A model generated the notes under the pieces. That model worked only from the letters and a program-made list of their open reading frames with translations. It made no database searches and was not told the DNA's origin. A DNA stretch of 64,000 nucleotides, from the NCBI GenBank assembly GCA_002269645.1, contig NIVC01002439.1, positions 109,549 to 173,548 of the forward strand. The letters run 5' to 3'. The position numbers and the translations under genes were made by a program. This DNA comes from Macrostomum lignano (Eukaryota). Shown here one piece after another: positions 1 to 12,156 of this stretch; positions within the stretch are counted from its first letter, which is position 1, and every line of letters begins with the position of its first letter.

Positions 1-1905
1 GGATTATTGCTATTAATAAACCAAGGATTACTGCACTCGATAAACCAAGGATTATTGCTATTAATAAACCAAGGATTACTGCACTCAAGAAGCCAAGGAT
101 TATTGCTATTAATAAACCAAGGATTACTGCACTCGATAAGCCAAGGATTATTGCTATTAATAAACCAAGGATTACTGCAATTGGAAAACAAAGGATTACT
201 GCACTCAAGAAGCCAAGGATTATTGCTATTAATAAACCAAGGATTACTGCACTCGATAAGCCAAGGATTATTGCTATTAATAAACCAAGGATTAATGCAC
301 TCGATAAACCAAGGACAATTGCTATTATTAAACCAAGGATTACTGCACTTGATTAATCAAGGATTATTGCTATTAATAAACTAAGGATTACTGCACTCGA
401 TAAGCCAAGGATTATTGCTATTAATAAACCAAGGATTACTGCACTCGATAAACCAAGGACTATTGCTATTATTAAACCAAGGATTATTGCACTTGATTAA
501 TCAAGGATTATTGCTATTAATAAACCAAGGATTATTGCACTCGATAAACCAAGGATTATTGCTATTATTAAACCAAGGATTACTGCACTTGATTAATCAA
601 GGATTATTGCTATTAATAAACCAAGGATTAATGTACTCGATAAACCAAGGACAATTGCTCTTGGCAAACCAAGGATTACTGCACTCAAGAAGCCAAGGAT
701 TATTGCTATTAATAAACCAAGGATTACTGCACTCGATAAACCAAGGACTATTGCTATTATTAAACCAAGGATTACTGCACTTGATTAATCAAGGATTATT
801 GCTATTAATAAACCAAGAATTACTGCAATTGGAAAACAAAGGATTACTGCACTCGAGAAGCCAAGGATTATTGCTATTAATAAACCAAGGATTACTGCAC
901 TCGATAAGCCAAGGATTATTGCTATTAATAAACCAAGGATTACTGCACTCGATAAGCCAAGGATTATTGCTCTTTATAAACCAAGGATTACTGCAATTGG
1001 AAAACAAAGGATTACTGCACTCGAGAAGCCAAGGATTATTGCTATTAATAAACCAAGGATTACTGCACTCGATAAGCCAAGGATTATTGCTATTAATAAA
1101 CCAAGGATTAATGCACTCGATAAACCAAGGACAATTGCTCTTGGCAAACCAAGGATTACTGCACTCAAGAAGCCAAGGATTAATGATATTAATAAACCAA
1201 GGATTACTGCAATTGGAAAACAAAGGATTACTGCACTCGAGAAGCCAAGGATTATTGCTATTAATAAACCAAGGATTACTGCACTCGATAAGCCAAGGAT
1301 TACTGCACTTGGAAAACCAAGGATTACTGCACTCAAGAAGCCAAGGATTAATGCTATTAATAAACCAAGGATTACTGCAATTGGAAAACAAAGGATTACT
1401 GCACTCGAGAAGCCAAGGATTACTGCAATTGGAAAACAAAGGATTACTGCACTCGATAAGCCAAGGATTACTGCACTTGGAAAACCAAGGATTACTGCAC
1501 TCGATAAGCCAAGTATTATAGCTATTAATAAACCAAGGATTACTGCACTTAGAAAACCAAAGATTACTGCACTCGATAAGCCAAGGATTATTGCTATTAA
1601 TAAACCAAGGATTACTGCACTCGATAAGCCAAGGATTACTGCACTTGGAAAACCAAGGATTACTGCACTCAATAAGCCAAGTATTATAGCTATTAATAAA
1701 CCAAGGATTACTGCACTTAGAAAACCAAAGATTACTGCACTTGATAAGCCAAGGATTATTGCTATTAATAAACCAAGGATTACTGCACTCGAGAAGCCAA
1801 GGATTATTACTATTAATAAACCAAGGATTACTGCACTCAATAAGCCAAAGATTATTGGTCTTTATAAACCAAGTATTACTTCACTCCATAGCCAAGGATT
1901 ACTGC
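1..1905. repeat. 24-bp minisatellite array with alternating variant monomers (open at window start)
   Basis: Monomers GGATTATTGCTATTAATAAACCAA and GGATTACTGCACTCGATAAACCAA plus variants repeat throughout; the long ORFs here have an 8-aa period that simply reflects 24 bp. Confidence 0.95.
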
Positions 1906-1947
1906 GCTTGATAAGCTTGGCTACATGTATAGGATTATTTCTATCCA

Positions 1948-2535
1948 GGGATGCTTGCTATGTGCAGGATGCTTGCTATCTGGAAGGATGCTTCTACATT
2001 ATTTGGGGGATGCTTGCTATCTGGAAGGATGCTTCTACATTATTTGGGGGATGCTTGCTATCTGGGTGGATGCTTCTACATTATTTGGGGGATGCTTGCT
2101 ATCTGGAAGGATGCTTCTACATTATTTGGGGGATGCTTGCTATCTGGAAGGATGCTTCTACATTATTTGGGGGATGCTTGCTATCTGGAAGGATGCTTCT
2201 ACATTATTTGGGGGATGCTTGCTATCTGGAAGGATGCTTCTACATTATTTGGGGGATGCTTGCTATCTGGGTGGATGCTTTTATCCGGGGGATGCTTCTA
2301 TTTGGGGGATGCTTGCTATCTGCAAGATGCTTGCTATCTGCAGATGCTTGCTATCTGGGTGGATACTTGCTAGGAGTATTAGGGGATGCTTGCTATCTGG
2401 GTGGATACTTGCTAGGAGTATTAGGGGATGCTTGCTATCTGGGTGGATACTTGCTAGGAGTATTAGGGGATGCTTGCTGTCTGCGGTTGTTTACTTTTGG
2501 AGGAGGATGCTTGCTACTGGGGGGATGCTTGCTGT
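1948..2535. repeat. 41-bp (19+22 dimer) minisatellite
   Basis: GGATGCTTGCTATCTGGAA plus GGATGCTTCTACATTATTTGGG; period 41 (1967 to 2008), degenerating after about 2280. Confidence 0.9.
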
Positions 2536-3877
2536 CTTGGGAATATTTTCTATTTAGGGGTAATGACTGTGATCTTTGTGAAAGCTATATTTTCTTGTCT
2601 GTTTGTTAATTTTAGAAAAAAGAGATTCATAGCAAATATATATATTTATAGCATAGTCCATGACAATTTTAAATGAATAAGGTGATTTTTAAAAGTGATG
2701 AAGGACTTAGTTTTTAAGAAAATGTGCTTTTTCATTGATTTCCATAAACTATTTTTGCTTCGTTCTTATTGGGTGCCCCGAAGGGGGGCCGCACTAGATT
2801 GCTAGTCCAGTTCCTAAAATCATACTTTGAAATTTCACTGTAATGGAACAGCATCGAAATTCTAATAAAACAATTAAATTAAACTGCAACTAAACAAAAA
2901 GTAAAAACATGTCACAATAAAATTATATTCTAATCTAATCTAATGACTAATCTAAATTAAATTATAAAATGAAATTAGTATATCATTTTTAGCTATATTC
3001 TAAAACAGCAAAAACTCTACAGCAAAGCTTGGAACAAATCTTTTGCCAAAATGGTCAGCTTTAGACAAAATAGTCATTGCAAAAGTATTTTTTTTCACCA
3101 TAATTGACTTTTGCCAAAAATTCTTTTGCAAAAGTGGGTTGTATTATTTTATGGAGTACTTATAGACATGGCGGCCATATTTATAATATTTGAGATTATA
3201 GGCATGGCAATAATCATCAATATAAAATGCGTGTTCTATAGGGCTTTCTCACAAGCAATTGGTAGCTTAGTGGATATGTTGATTTCCTTGTGATTGCATG
3301 CAGCAAAAATTCAAATCCCAAGTAGTCAAAGATTTTTTTAAATTTTTTTAGCAAACAGAAATTTTTCCGCCTTGAATTTTTTTAGGTTTTTAATTAAAAA
3401 AAATAAAAAATAAAAATTTATTTTTTAATAAGAATAAACTTAATCTTAAAGTGTGGCCAATATATATCGAAAAAATATTTCTTTTTCATATATATTTGCA
3501 GCCAAACTTCACGATTTTGTGTTACTCTTAAAAAAATTTAATTTAATTTATTTAAAAAAAATTCAAATTAAAAAACTCCTAAACAACTTTTCAATCAATT
3601 GATATTTTTCATCCAATTGATGATTATATACATGGCAGCTGTGCCTATATTAAGCTCCAATATTAGAGATACAGCCACCCACTGTGCCCCACTGTGACTC
3701 TTAAGTGTGAACCCAATCAATATTAATGACATGGCCACCCACCGTATCTCTAAGTATGAACCTATTCAATATTAACGACATGGCTGCCATGCAAGTTTCA
3801 TTGACACGGCGACTGTGTCTCTAATAGTGACTAGGTCCACACTTATAGACAAGTTTTTGCATTATAGACACAGTTGC

Positions 3878-4058
3878 TGTTAGTATCGGCTTGTGTGTGC
3901 GTCAGTATGCTGTCTTTGGCCAAACCCATAGAGTTGTAATGAGTGAAGGCAACGCTAAAGAATAAATAAAAAAGAATGAAAGAAGGCAAAGTAAGCTGCG
4001 AGAGCATGCAGCTTGATTGTCAAGTGAAAGTGATTCAATAATTGACTCCAAGCTAACA
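3878..4058 (+). repeat. 5' LTR
   Basis: 181-bp direct repeat of 6663-6842 with TG...CA ends and roughly a dozen differences, mostly transitions. Confidence 0.95.
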
Positions 4059-4069
4059 ATAGCGACGAG

Positions 4070-5098
4070 GCTGCCAACCATCGAACCGCTAGAAGAGAGT
4101 GAGGACCCCCACCGATGGCTGCAGCGATTCGAAATCTGCGCAACACTTTTCTGGCGCTGCTTGGCAAGCAAATTTTTAACCTCCTTGCTGATGCAGTGCT
4201 GCCCGATAAGTTGGACACCAGGGACTTTGATACGCTCAGCAAGCTGCTCACCAAAGAGGTCAAAAGTGAGAAATCTGTGATTGCAGGCCGCTACGAGTTC
4301 CATAAAGCAAAGCAGGAGAACAATGAGGACATAGCCACTTATAGCAGGAGGCTGAAGCAGCTGTCTGAAGCCTGCAAATTTACCGATTCGGCAGACTGGC
4401 TCAGAGATCAGTTTATCTTTGGACTCCAGAGTAAAGAGATTCTGCGGAAACTACTGTCTAAGAAAATCAAAGACCTGACATGGGACAAGGTAACGGCAGT
4501 AGCTGCAGCTTGCGAAGTGGTCCAGCGTGGGGAGAAAGACATGACCCGGCTTGAATGTACTGCAGATGCGTCAGACAAGTGGTCGACCGCAAAAAGGCAG
4601 CGAAGCCGGAAGGAAACGTTCACAAAAACCCACGAGTGAGGACAAGAACGAGGGGGGCCGTAGCCCAGCGGTAGCGCAGCTGCTCTGGTGTGCCGCGACC
4701 CAGGCTCGATTCCAAGTGCAGCCACATTAATTTGGGGCTGGATTGGAATCTTGGCTTGGCTCGCTTGTGCAATTAACGGCCTTGAGAGCCAACCCCCCCC
4801 AAGGCGCAGTGAAGTGTACATGCCTAACAATTGATAAAGTTAGGGCCGCTGTACACTCCTGTGTGAGTGTGTGCCTGCGTAACGTATCCGCGCGCTTGTA
4901 TGCCTGCTCAGGGGAGTCGGCGGAATGGGCAGTAATGCCTCTCGCCGGTTGTGTGCCAATGACGCTTAAATTGCGCCAGGGTGCACACAACCCCCCTGCC
5001 TCTAATAATAATAAATAGAGGACAAGAACGCCAAGCAGGTCACTTGCTACTGCTATGGGAAACCTGGTCATCTAAAGAGTGAATGCCAATTCAAATCC
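4070..5098 (+). pseudogene. gag: gag of the LTR element, frameshifted and interrupted by a SINE
   Basis: Mag-type gag motifs (RWLQRFE, GRYEFHKAKQ, RLKQLSEACKF, LRDQFIFG) are split across frames. After removing 4651-5030 the sequence continues into CYCYGKPGHLKSEC, whose second Cys position is Tyr. Confidence 0.85.
4651..5017 (+). mobile_element. tRNA-derived SINE inserted in gag
   Basis: 13-bp TSD GAGGACAAGAACG at 4638-4650 and 5018-5030, A-box TAGCCCAGCGG at 4661, B-box GGCTCGATTCC at 4703-4713, and a (TAA)n-type 3' tail. Confidence 0.88.
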
Positions 5099-6523
5099 TT
5101 GAAGTGTGATAGCTGCGGAAAATTGGGTCACCTGAGATCTGTCTGCAGAGCTTCAAAGACAAAGGCCGAAAGACGCCAAGAGTCTTCAAGGGTTCAACTA
5201 GTGCTGCAATCACCATCAATGGAGAAGTGTGAAGAGGATCAATGCAACAAGATATTCTCCATGATAACCAGCAAGCAGAGAATTTTGCACACAGTGAGTA
5301 TTAATGGCACAAGTGTTGAAATGGTGTTTGATACAGGTGCGGATGCCTCATTGGTATCCAAACACTCATTCGAACAACTGTCACAGAGGACAGATGTTAT
5401 GCCAGTTGACAGAACATTTAAGGACTATCAGGGCTGTGCAGTCCCGCTGTTTGGTAAGTCGATTGTCACAGTGCAGTTCAACAGCATCACAACACAGCTT
5501 CCTATCTTCATTGTGGATCAGCCAGGAGCTCTGAACATCTATGGGCTTGAGTGGATGCACGCCCTTGAGCCACACCTGAATATTTACCAGGTTACGCATT
5601 TCGAAGCACATCTAGTTTTAAAGGACGAAGCCAGACCCGTGTTTCTCAAGCCAAGACCTATACCATACGGCATTCGAGAGAGTGTGAAACAGGAACTGGA
5701 CTGCCTGGAAAGTGAAGGAATTCTGAAGAAGATTGATCAGAGCAAATGGGCAATGCCTATTGTGGTTGTGAGAAAGCAGAGTGGAAAAATACGCATATGC
5801 GGCGACTACAAGGTGACTGTCAACAAATCCCTATGCGATATGGTCTCAACCACCCCATGCATTGAAGATGTGTTGAGCCAGTTGGGTGGAGCCAAGATCT
5901 TCTCTGTTCTCGATCTGACGAATGCTTACCTACAGTTACCAGTAGACGATGCATCTGGAAGCATCCTAACTCTGAGCACCCTTTTCGGGTTATATCAGCC
6001 CAAAGCCCTTGCTTATGGTGTCAAACAGGCAGTGGCAAATTTTCAGGGATATATGGACAAGCTATTAGCTTCGGAGAAAAATGTGGTCAGCTACCAAGAC
6101 AACATCCTCATATATGGAAAAATGGAACAGGAACACGATGACCAGATTAACGTTGTTACACGCATCCTACAGGAAAACAATATCGTGGTTAACTATCAGA
6201 AAAGTGCACTCAAGTGCAGTAGAGTAAAGTTTTTGGGACTCGACATTGGCAGCGAAGGAATCAGTCCAGCAGAAGACAAGATGGAAGCCATACGGAGTTT
6301 AGCAGATCCAAGGTCTGTCAAGGAGCTTAGATCATTCCTGGGCCTGGCAGAGTTTTACTCCAGATTTATAAAAAATCTATCTACCATCAAAGAGCCTCTA
6401 GCAAAGCTCATTCGACTGAACATAGAAGACACTAATAAACGCTATCCTACTCGTAATCGAAGGCCGCCTGATAGACTGCAGTACAAAAAACTCGGGACAT
6501 TAACCAAACAGAGCTTAATGTGA
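5099..6523 (+). pseudogene. pol: gag-pol remnant: zinc knuckle, aspartic protease and RT, with RNase H and integrase deleted
   Basis: CDSCGKLGHLRSVC knuckle, FDTGA protease site, RT motifs RICGDYK and FSVLDLTNAYLQL. The catalytic YxDD is mutated to YQDN. The ORF jumps near 6420 to the C-terminal RYPTRNRRPPDRL. Confidence 0.92.
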
Positions 6524-6662
6524 ATCCAAGCATAGTTTGCAATGGAAAGCTACTCTTGTGAACTGATTGTGTACCTGTTGTTTTTATTTTATTATTTGAA
6601 AGCGTGTCTCCACCTCATTATGAAACCATGAGGTGAGTATTTTTTATCTCGCATGGGAGGAG

Positions 6663-6842
6663 TGTTAGTATCGGCTTGGTGTGTGTCGGTATGCTGTCTT
6701 TGGCCAAACCCATAGAGTTGTAATGAGTGAAGGCAGTGCTAAAGAATAAATAAAAAAGAACGAAAGAAGACAAAGTAAGCCACAAGAGCATGCAGCTTGA
6801 TTGTCAAGTGAAAGTGATTCAATAATCGACTCCGAGCTAACA
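6663..6842 (+). repeat. 3' LTR
   Basis: 180-bp direct repeat of 3878-4058, preceded by the PPT and followed by the TSD GTTGC. Confidence 0.95.
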
Positions 6843-8761
6843 GTTGCCGTGTCTCTAAGTGTGGCAATTATTTTAATACTAAGCCTACTAGAACCCATTT
6901 TGACTGTGTATCCTTTTGACCTTTTAATCTTCTTTTATCAATAACAATATCCTTAAAGTTCTATCCCATAGTTAAGAAAAAAGGCATGTATGTAGAAATT
7001 TTTTAAAGTATATTTAAAAAAAATTGTTCTATCAAGTAGTATTTCTAATCTAAGTTACTTTTTATATATGATTAAGTCTATTAACTGTTAGGTAAAAAAT
7101 GATTGTAAATTAATTGTTAAATGTTTTGATAGCAATGTATATATTTTAACTTGTTTTTTCTAGATGAATTTATAAATTATGGTTTTTATTAAATATTGTC
7201 ATTCATAAAAAACTTAGTATTTTTGTCCAATTAAATTTTTTAAAGTCTAGATTAATAGAAAATCATACCCTCATATTTACTTTGGCTGGTTGTTATACCC
7301 TCATATAACAACCAGCCAAACTGGCCAATCTAGCTAGTTGGCAAGGGCCTAGCCAAGGTAATTACTTAAATGCCTATCTAATAATAGATAAGTATTTATT
7401 AGATTGGATGATAAGACATTTAGCCCTAATACAATCATAGTTATTCCTACCATTTATCCAAATCATGTTATTTTTGCTGAGGTTTCTTTTATATTATAGA
7501 TATAAGCATGTATTGCATTTGAAAATTGAATTGCATGGCTTTTTTAATCAATGGGAGCTATGCTATAAACATATTTAATATTCAATTAACCTTTAAAATC
7601 GTTGGTGTTAATAGGGACTTCATTGAGGACCCTGAGTCTTGAAAATATATATATAAATGCAAATATATATTTTCTAAACAATAAATTTGAAAATTAAGTT
7701 TTTTTGTAAATAAATAATTTTGTAAAGAAATTACATAGAATTTAGCAAATCTAAATTATAAAAAAAGAAAATTAGACTATCAAAGTAATATATGTACAAG
7801 AAAATTGCTATGTACAACTAAGCAAAAAGCATTATTTCCTATAGTCCTACATTGATCTATATTGTATTGACTATATTAGTTAATCATATTTTACTTAAAT
7901 TAGTCAGATTAGTCTATTTAGCTTTTTTGTTTTATTTAGTTTGATTAAAAATATCTAATATTCAAATGTAACACAATAAAAAAAATCAAAAAAGAAAATG
8001 TCCCAAAAGGTAAAAAATTGTATAGGCCCATTTTTTATGAAAGAAAGTCTTGAAAGTATGAAAACTATTATCTATTATTGCCATGATAGCAATCTTTTAA
8101 ACTTTTTTTTTAAGTATTTATATTTATAAAGGTATATTTTACATAGAAAAATCTATATATTTACTGGGAATAAGAAATTTTTGCATGCAGTTTAGAAGAG
8201 AGATTCTTGCATATATTTTAAGGGACAAAAATTAATGTGCAGGTATTATTATACTGTTAGGTATTATACCATTTGCAATATGGGATCTTTTTGTATTTTT
8301 TGTAGACAATATCAATAGAATAGACAATTATTGATAAGTAGAAATATATGTGGAGTGATATCCACTATACAAGTGTACAAGAGGCTAAGTACACTTAAGA
8401 AGGCAGGTCCAACTTGGAGTTTAGATTATGTTCAAAAATATTTATTGTTTTATTTGTAAGGGCTTATAATCAACCATGAACATTTTTTAAGTCATTTGTA
8501 AGTCATAATATATAAGAGAGAAAGCATTAACTATGCTCTAAACATACTTTACCCTGCCGAGTTACACAGCATATTCTTAGAAAATTAGTAAGCACCGTGG
8601 CATGTCACTGAAATCTGCTTAAAAATTATGCAATCACTTTTCAGCTGAGCTTGCCACCTGCGCAGTCTGGCCAGTGGCAGCAAACAGCAAGCAGCTCCTT
8701 CAAGAAGCAACCAGAAAAGATATAAAAGATTATAAAGAATTTTTGCTCACACAGTGCAGTC

Positions 8762-10441
8762 ATGGGAGTTGGGTCCAGTCGAGTACCGCTGCCCCCGCCT
8801 GGCCAGCCCGCTGGGCCCAGTGCCAGGCAAGGAGGCGGCGGCCCCAGCGGCTCCCGGCCCCGGATTCATTCGCACGTGTCCATGCAGCCGCCAGATGGAG
8901 AGCCGGGTGGCTCCGGGCTTCATCACCACCTGCAGCAATATCTGCAGCAGCAGCAGCAGGGCGCCAGCGGCAGCGGCCGGCATCGCAGCCGATCGCTGGA
9001 CTTTCTATCCGGCCGACCCATCGGCGGCGCCGGTCGCAACAGCGACGACGAGTTCGACAGCGAAGACGAAGTGGACGACGGCCCGGTGATCGTGTCTGGC
9101 GGGCCGCGGCCGCCAAGGCAGCGAGGCGCGGCGGCGGCGGCAGCGGGGTCGGCCGGTCGGCAGCACCACGCGGCGCTGCTTCGCCAGCACCTCGGCCTGC
9201 CGTCCAGCTTCTACAGATCTGACATTCGCTGCCCGGTGTGCAGCAAGACGGTGCCGCATGATGAAATCGAGGTGCGCTTTTGCGCCCGAGTTAAAGTGCA
9301 TTTTCGAGACGGGGAAATGTTTCAGTTTTTTAGCACTGAATTAGTTCCCAATATCTCACCTTCTGGACTTCCGAATCGCAAATAAAGCAGGCAGTTGCAC
9401 TTTCTGAATGGATTTCGCAAAGATGCTTTTCTGCGCAGCGCTAAATGGGGGTTTTGCCATAGACAAATCCGGTCGGGAAAAACCCATTTAGAAAAAAAAC
9501 ACTACAGAGACTGGAACAGCTGGAATTTCGACGGAACTTTGCTTGCTTGCCGGTTTCCTGTAGCTGTTCATGAATAGAAACAGCTTGATAAACTTGTGAG
9601 CGCAGCTCAGGCACAATGCATGCTGGCGTCTTGTGATTCGGAAGTCCAGAAGCTGAGGTTTTGGGAATTTTTTTTCCTAAAAAACTGAAATTTTCCCATC
9701 TCGTTTCGACAGTGCATTTTTCTGCGACATCTGCGTGTCCAGCGTCTATTTTAAGTACACTGGGTGCCCTTAGTTAAACCTGTCAGGAGTCCCAGTCAGT
9801 GGAGTCCCAGTCAGTGAAGTCCCAGTCAGTGAAGTCCCAGTTAGTGGAGTCCCAGTCAGTGGAGTCCCAGTCAGTGAAGTCACAGTCAGTGGAGTCCCAG
9901 TTAGTGGAGTCCCAGTCAGTGGAGTCCCAGTCAGTGAAGTCACAGTCAGTGGAGTCCCAGTCAGTGAAGTCACAGTCAGTGGAGTCCCAGTCAGTGAAGT
10001 CACAGTCAGTGGAGTCCCAGTCAGTGAAGTCCCAGTCAGTGAAGTCCCAGTCAGTGAAGTCCCATTTAATGAAATCAGACAGTAAAGTGCCAAAAGTACT
10101 AACTGAACTTTCACCCTCAGGTGCACCTGGTCGTGTGCCTCACGAAGCCGCGCATCAGCTACAACGAGGACGTCCTGTCCGAGGACAAAGGCGCCGAGTG
10201 CGCCATCTGCCTGGACGACTTGTGCCAGGGTGACACGATCGCCCGCCTGCCCTGCCTCTGCATCTATCACAAAGGGTGAGCGGAGCTTTCCTTTTCTGAT
10301 CTGAATTTAATTGTCGGATTTGTTTCATTATTAATAAATATCATTCGCCGTCACTTCTCGCCTTTGCCATCAATGCTTAGCTGTATCGACGAGTGGTTCA
10401 AGCGGAGTCGCAGCTGCCCGGAGCACCCCGGCGACGGCTGA
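8762..10441 (+). CDS. ZNRF2: ZNRF1/ZNRF2-like RING-H2 E3 ubiquitin ligase, 241 aa; exons 8762-9271, 10121-10275, 10381-10441
   Basis: MGxxxS myristoylation motif, UBZ-like CPVCSK...HLVVC, RING ECAICLDDLCQGDTIARLPCLCIYHKGCIDEWFKRSRSCPEHP; GT-AG introns with consistent phases 0 and 2. Confidence 0.95.
9787..10063. repeat. 15-bp minisatellite in ZNRF intron 1
   Basis: GAGTCCCAGTCAGTG and AAGTCACAGTCAGTG variants in tandem. Confidence 0.95.
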
Positions 10442-10643
10442 GGAGCTCGACACCTTCTGTCAGGATTTTCTACCCCGCTTTCATCAGGCCCCGATGCTCC
10501 TGTTGTGATACTTGCTGTGTTCTTCATTGTGTTCGCCATTGTTAAACAGTGGGTTTATTTTCCAAGAAATTTTTTCACTATTGAGTTGTTCATAATCGCA
10601 ACTTCCATTTATTTGTACATTTCTTCTCGAATCAGCACCATTT

Positions 10644-11708
10644 TGACTGACTGACTGACTGACTGACTGACTGACTGACTGACTGACTGACTGACTGACT
10701 GACTGACTGACTGACTGACTGACTGATTGACTGACTGACTGACTGACTGACTGACTGACTGACTGATTGACTGATTGACTGACTGACTGACTGACTGATT
10801 GACTGACTGACTGACTGACTGATTGACTGATTGACTGACTGACTGACTGACTGACTGATTGACTGACTGACTGACTGACTGACTGATTGACTGACTGACT
10901 GACTGACTGACTGACTGATTAACTGACTGACTGACTGACTGACTGACTGACTGACTGATTGACTGACTGATTGACTGACTGACTGACTGATTGACTGACT
11001 GATTGACTGACTGACTGATTGACTGACTGATTAACTGACTGACTGACTGACTGACTGATTAACTGACTGACTGACTGACTGACTGACTGACTGATTGACT
11101 GACTGACTGACTGACTGACTGATTGACTGACTGATTGACTGACTGACTGACTGACTGACTGACTGACTGACTGACTGACTGATTAACTGACTGACTGACT
11201 GACTGACTGACTGACTGACTGATTGACTGACTGATTGACTGACTGACTGACTGATTGACTGACTGATTGACTGACTGACTGATTGACTGACTGATTAACT
11301 GACTGACTGACTGACTGACTGATTAACTGACTGACTGACTGACTGACTGACTGACTGATTGACTGACTGACTGACTGACTGACTGATTGACTGACTGATT
11401 GACTGACTGACTGACTGACTGACTGACTGACTGATTGACTGACTGACTGATTGACTGACTGACTGACTGACTGATTAACTGACTGACTGACTGACTGACT
11501 GACTGACTGATTGACTGACTGACTGACTGACTGACTGATTGACTGACTGATTGACTGACTGACTGACTGACTGACTGACTGACTGATTGACTGACTGACT
11601 GATTGACTGACTGACTGACTCACTGATTGACTGACTGACTGACTGACTGATTGACTGACTGACTGACTGACTGACTGACTGACTGACTGACTGACTGACT
11701 GACTGACT
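10644..11708. repeat. (GACT)n microsatellite, about 1.06 kb, with GATT/AACT interruptions
   Basis: Direct reading of the sequence. Confidence 0.98.
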
Positions 11709-12156
11709 AATACCAAATCATCTCTAGTCTCTGTTTCAACAAGGAAGATAAGTGGCATACCACCCTACATATCTGCTAGTAGGCACTTTACACATTTACA
11801 AAATGTGACTTATGTTTATTTTTGCATACGTTTCCAGTATGCTTCGTGTATATAAATGTAAAGACTACTTTTGTGCCCATATTCTGCCTGTTTTATACTT
11901 TTATGAATTGCACACAAGAGTTCACCCCACCGTTATTGCTGCCCTAATGCTTATCCTTAACTTTCTTCTGTTGCTGTCTTATGCCTGACAGGCACTCGCT
12001 TAACAGTATGGTTACTGGCTATGCAACCCGAGTTCAGAGTTGAGTTTTGAATCAAACTAAATTTTGAGAATTGTGTTTTAGCCTATTTATAGCTTAAATA
12101 TATTGATTTTTACACATAGGATCGCACATTTTGTTTTTTAGTTTCGCCACCCGCCC

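Larger units (their letters stand above)
3878..6842 (+). mobile_element. Ty3/gypsy (Mag-like) LTR retrotransposon, defective, internally deleted
   Basis: LTRs 3878-4058 and 6663-6842 (TGTTAG...CTAACA), 5-bp TSD GTTGC at 3873-3877 and 6843-6847, PBS-like TAGCGACGAGG at 4060-4070, polypurine tract GGGAGGAG at 6655-6662, and gag and pol remnants inside. Confidence 0.95.

Noticed and set aside
7-1840. Long Leu-rich ORFs resembling leucine-rich repeats
   Set aside because: They come from a 24-bp DNA repeat that is open on both strands; variation is not codon-constrained and there is no convincing start or splice context.
2768-2806. GC-rich hairpin followed by CTAG-T, possible Helitron or Helentron end
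   Set aside because: The stem is short and imperfect, and no matching other end or second copy is present in the window.
8674-9222. Alternative-frame 182-aa ORF overlapping ZNRF exon 1, and antisense ORFs over the GC-rich exons of MOSC, RasGEF, SLC35B4, LamG-like and Cip4
   Set aside because: Shadow ORFs are expected in GC-rich coding DNA; no recognisable domains.
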